A DNA stretch of 49,591 bases from Steroidobacteraceae bacterium (GTDB lineage Bacteria; Pseudomonadota; Gammaproteobacteria; Steroidobacterales; Steroidobacteraceae): NCBI GenBank assembly GCA_049694695.1, contig JBAVRE010000352.1:1-49591 (forward strand). Reading direction: 5' to 3'. Of this stretch, positions 47,231-49,591 are shown one piece after another (the first letter of the stretch is position 1; each line of letters starts with the position of its first letter). The notes under the pieces are model-generated. The model was given only the letters and a program-made list of their open reading frames with translations. It ran no database searches and was not told the origin of the DNA. The position numbers and the translations under genes are program-made.

Positions 47231-47304
47231 GATACCCCAGCGGCCGGTCAGATCGATAATCGGCTCGCAACGGCCACGAATAATTATTCAGGGGCGAGCC
47301 GCAG

Positions 47305-47565
47305 ATGACAAGCGGGAACACTCAGGATTTCATCGCGTTGAAGCAGGCGCTGCAGCTCTATGCAAAGCAGTGCGCGTCGCTGCCGCGCGAGCAGCGCTCC
47401 AGGGTGTCGCATGAAATGGGTGAGCTGCTGGTTGCGCTGGTGAGCGCGGCCGATAGCCTGAACGTCGACCTGGTGCGCGTCGCCGAAGAGTTCATCGCGC
47501 GCCGCGCCGCCAATTTGCCACGACTGGTGCAAGTGGGGCATCCTGAGGATCCGACTACCAGTTGA
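47305..47565 (+). CDS. small all-helical hypothetical protein (86 aa; faint MazG-like resemblance)
   Basis: GC3 is high. Its TGA overlaps the TTG start of mutY (TTGA). The HEMGELLVALVSAADSLNVDL segment is reminiscent of MazG-type helices, but this is weak. Confidence 0.5.
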   Translation: MTSGNTQDFIALKQALQLYAKQCASLPREQRSRVSHEMGELLVALVSAADSLNVDLVRVAEEFIARRAANLPRLVQVGHPEDPTTS

Positions 47566-48617
47566 AGGCCGTGCGCGACACCGACCGGGTTGCTCCAGCG
47601 CTGATTTCCTGGCACGTGCGCCACGGCCGACACGATCTGCCGTGGCAGCGTGAGCCGACACCGTTTCGCGTCTGGATCTCGGAGATCATGCTGCAGCAGA
47701 CCCAGGTGGCGACGGTCGTCGATTATTACGCGCGCTTCATGCAGCGCTTCCCCGATCTCGCTTCACTCGCCGCGGCGCCGCTCGATGACGTGCTGCATCT
47801 GTGGTCGGGCCTGGGCTATTACTCGCGAGCCCGCAATCTACATCGCGCCGCGCAGCTGGCGTACGCACAGCACGGTGGTGAATTGCCGTCCACGAGTGCG
47901 CAGCTGCTCGAGCTCCCCGGCATCGGCCGCTCCACTGCCGCGGCGATCCGTGCGCTCAGTGCCGGTGAACGCTGCGCGATACTGGACGGCAACGTACGCC
48001 GTGTGCTGATGCGCTATTTTGCGATTGCCGGCTCGCCCACGCAGCGCGCCGTCGAACAACAGCTGTGGCTGCTCGCCGAAGCCTGCACGCCGACGAGCGA
48101 TGTTGCGACCTACACCCAGGCGATCATGGACCTGGGCGCCACCATTTGCGTACGACGCCGGCCCTTGTGTCCGGCCTGCCCGCTGGGCGAGCACTGTGGC
48201 GCGCGCCGCACCGGGCGCCAGCATGAAATTCCGGCGCCACGTCCGCGACCCGCGCGACGCTCGCAATCCGTGGTGATGCTGCTCGCGCAACAGGCCGACG
48301 GCTGCGTGCTGCTCGAGCGGCGTCCCGACAGGGGCGTATGGGGTGGCTTATGGAGTCCGCCGCAGTTTCCCAGCATTGCAGCGGCGCGCCTCTACGCCGA
48401 TACGCGGCTTAACGCGGCGATACTCGAGCCGCAACCGCGCTTGATCATGCGTCATGCCTTTACGCACTTCGACCTGGAAATCACCCCAATCCTGGCGCGC
48501 TGCGCCGGACCCGCCGGTGTGATGGATGGACCCGCGACCCTCTGGTATAACGCCGCACAGCCGGAGCGCGTGGGCCTGCCGGCGCCCGTCACCACGCTGA
48601 TCCGGAGCCTGTCATGA
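47562..48617 (+). CDS. mutY: A/G-specific adenine DNA glycosylase
   Basis: It has LPWQ....PY.VW.SEIMLQQTQV and HhH-GPD motifs. The Fe-S cluster cysteines are C-x6-C-x2-C-x5-C (CVRRRPLCPACPLGEHC). The C-terminal domain is NUDIX-like. The start is TTG 47562 or GTG 47571. Confidence 0.93.
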   Translation: MKAVRDTDRVAPALISWHVRHGRHDLPWQREPTPFRVWISEIMLQQTQVATVVDYYARFMQRFPDLASLAAAPLDDVLHLWSGLGYYSRARNLHRAAQLAYAQHGGELPSTSAQLLELPGIGRSTAAAIRALSAGERCAILDGNVRRVLMRYFAIAGSPTQRAVEQQLWLLAEACTPTSDVATYTQAIMDLGATICVRRRPLCPACPLGEHCGARRTGRQHEIPAPRPRPARRSQSVVMLLAQQADGCVLLERRPDRGVWGGLWSPPQFPSIAAARLYADTRLNAAILEPQPRLIMRHAFTHFDLEITPILARCAGPAGVMDGPATLWYNAAQPERVGLPAPVTTLIRSLS

Positions 48618-48886
48618 GCCGTATGGTCAATTGTGTAATCCTCAAGCGCGAAGCCCAGGGCCTCGATCGCCTCCCGTACCCCGGCCCGCTGGGCCAACGC
48701 ATCTTCGAGAACGTCTCCCGCGAGGCCTGGACCCGCTGGGTGGCCCACCAGGTGATGCTGATCAATGAAAACCGCCTTTCGCCCATAGAGCCCAAGGCCC
48801 GCAAGTTCCTCGAAGCCGAGATGGAAAAGTTCTTTTTCGGCACCGGCTCCGAGCCCCCCGCGGATTTCAAGCCCGCGGGCGCCTGA
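48614..48886 (+). CDS. yggX: Fe(2+)-trafficking / oxidative-damage protection protein
   Basis: MSRMVNCV.L.REA.GLD...YPG.LG.RI...VS.EAW..W...Q.MLINE is the YggX signature. It has an ATGA overlap with mutY. Confidence 0.92.
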   Translation: MSRMVNCVILKREAQGLDRLPYPGPLGQRIFENVSREAWTRWVAHQVMLINENRLSPIEPKARKFLEAEMEKFFFGTGSEPPADFKPAGA

Positions 48887-48920
48887 GCCGCGTTATCAAC
48901 CGGGTATTGGGTCTCTTGCC

Positions 48921-48950
48921 TTGACGCTTTGGCCCCCGGCCCGGTCTAAT
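48921..48950 (+). promoter_or_regulatory. candidate sigma-70 promoter for tRNA-Phe
   Basis: TTGACG (48921-48926), an 18-nt spacer, then TCTAAT (48945-48950). A GC-rich discriminator (ACGCGCCCTCC) follows before the tRNA 5' end at 48971. Confidence 0.4.
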
Positions 48951-48970
48951 ACGCGCCCTCCCGATCCGGC

Positions 48971-49046
<76 letters not shown>

Positions 49047-49132
49047 TCAAATTCGGGGTCTATTCCGGTCAGATAGCGGATAGAGCCGTTTCTGTCCCAG
49101 ACCGGCATCTGCCCCGCTTGAAGCAGCCCAAG

Positions 49133-49591
49133 TCACTTAGGTCCCGCTTCGAGGTCAGCAGTAAACCCGATAGGCCGCGAGCGTTTTCCCTGTGAGGCAG
49201 CGGACAGCTGGTAAATGGCCTCAGCCAACTCGCCGATGACCAGATCATGGGAGTTCACCTGTTCGGAAAGATCTTCAATGAGCTTCATCAGCTCACCGCT
49301 CATCAGCGATGCGCGACGCAGCCGGACAAACGCCCGCATGATCTCGACGTTAACCTGTATTGCGGTTTCACTCCGAAGCACGCTGGAGAGCATGGCGACG
49401 CCTTGCTCTGTGAAGGCATAAGGCCTGGCGCGCCTGCCGCCATGTCTGGCTTTCGAACTTGAAATCACAGATTGTGATTTCAAGTTCGTAACCTCCTGAT
49501 TCGTAAACTGAAACATGAAGTCAGCAGGGAAGCGGCTTGCGTTGCGCCGTATCGCTTGCAGCAATGCCCCAGGCTTTACCCCGTATAGCGC
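49133..49591 (-). CDS. ORF6N / KilA-N-like DNA-binding (anti-repressor-type) protein; the N-terminus lies outside the window
   Basis: The ORF is open to the window end (ALYGVKPGALLQAIRRN...). RFPADFMFQ, GGRRARPYAFTEQGVAMLSSVLRSE.AIQVN..IMRAFVRLR is the ORF6N signature. Its GC3 is lower than in the core genes. Confidence 0.8.
   Translation of the reverse strand, partial: ALYGVKPGALLQAIRRNASRFPADFMFQFTNQEVTNLKSQSVISSSKARHGGRRARPYAFTEQGVAMLSSVLRSETAIQVNVEIMRAFVRLRRASLMSGELMKLIEDLSEQVNSHDLVIGELAEAIYQLSAASQGKRSRPIGFTADLEAGPK
49454..49488. repeat. perfect 16-bp inverted repeat with a 3-nt spacer, inside the ORF6N coding sequence
   Basis: The sequence is CGAACTTGAAATCACA-gat-TGTGATTTCAAGTTCG, read directly from the window. 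Confidence 0.9.

Overview
This is a GC-rich chromosomal segment with strong G/C bias at third codon positions. It comes from a Gram-negative bacterium, and the gene order looks gammaproteobacterial (Xanthomonadales/Nevskiales-like). That taxonomic guess rests on synteny and protein signatures recalled from memory, not on any search.

The window is almost entirely tightly packed core genes:
- ftsY-ftsE-ftsX-rpoH
- rsmD-coaD-ggt
- rpmB-rpmG-mutM plus an alkA-like gene
- radC divergent from coaBC-dut
- pyrE divergent from xthA-ampG
- uup, trmB and hemF
- mutY-yggX
- an OmpR-type two-component pair
- several envelope or periplasmic enzymes: a penicillin/AHL-acylase family protein, a TonB-dependent receptor, S41 and M13 peptidases, an amidohydrolase, and a GT39 gene followed by an LtaS-like gene

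There are two tRNAs, Gly-CCC and Phe-GAA. I saw no rRNA, CRISPR array, transposase or integrase.

I do not see a convincing new multi-gene system. The elements least explained by ordinary annotation are:
1. A low-GC, helix-dense spacer of about 390 nt downstream of rpoH. It ends in a strong minus-strand intrinsic terminator and may be an sRNA or a structured 3'UTR.
2. A co-oriented trio: secreted SnoaL-like protein, cytoplasmic TPR-sulfotransferase, TonB-dependent receptor.
3. A GT39 glycosyltransferase whose first transmembrane helix lies upstream of any canonical start codon.
4. A probable genomic-island border right after tRNA-Phe. It holds a partial ORF6N/KilA-N-type gene with a perfect 16-bp inverted repeat inside it.

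The many long ORFs antisense to real genes are GC-driven shadow ORFs.
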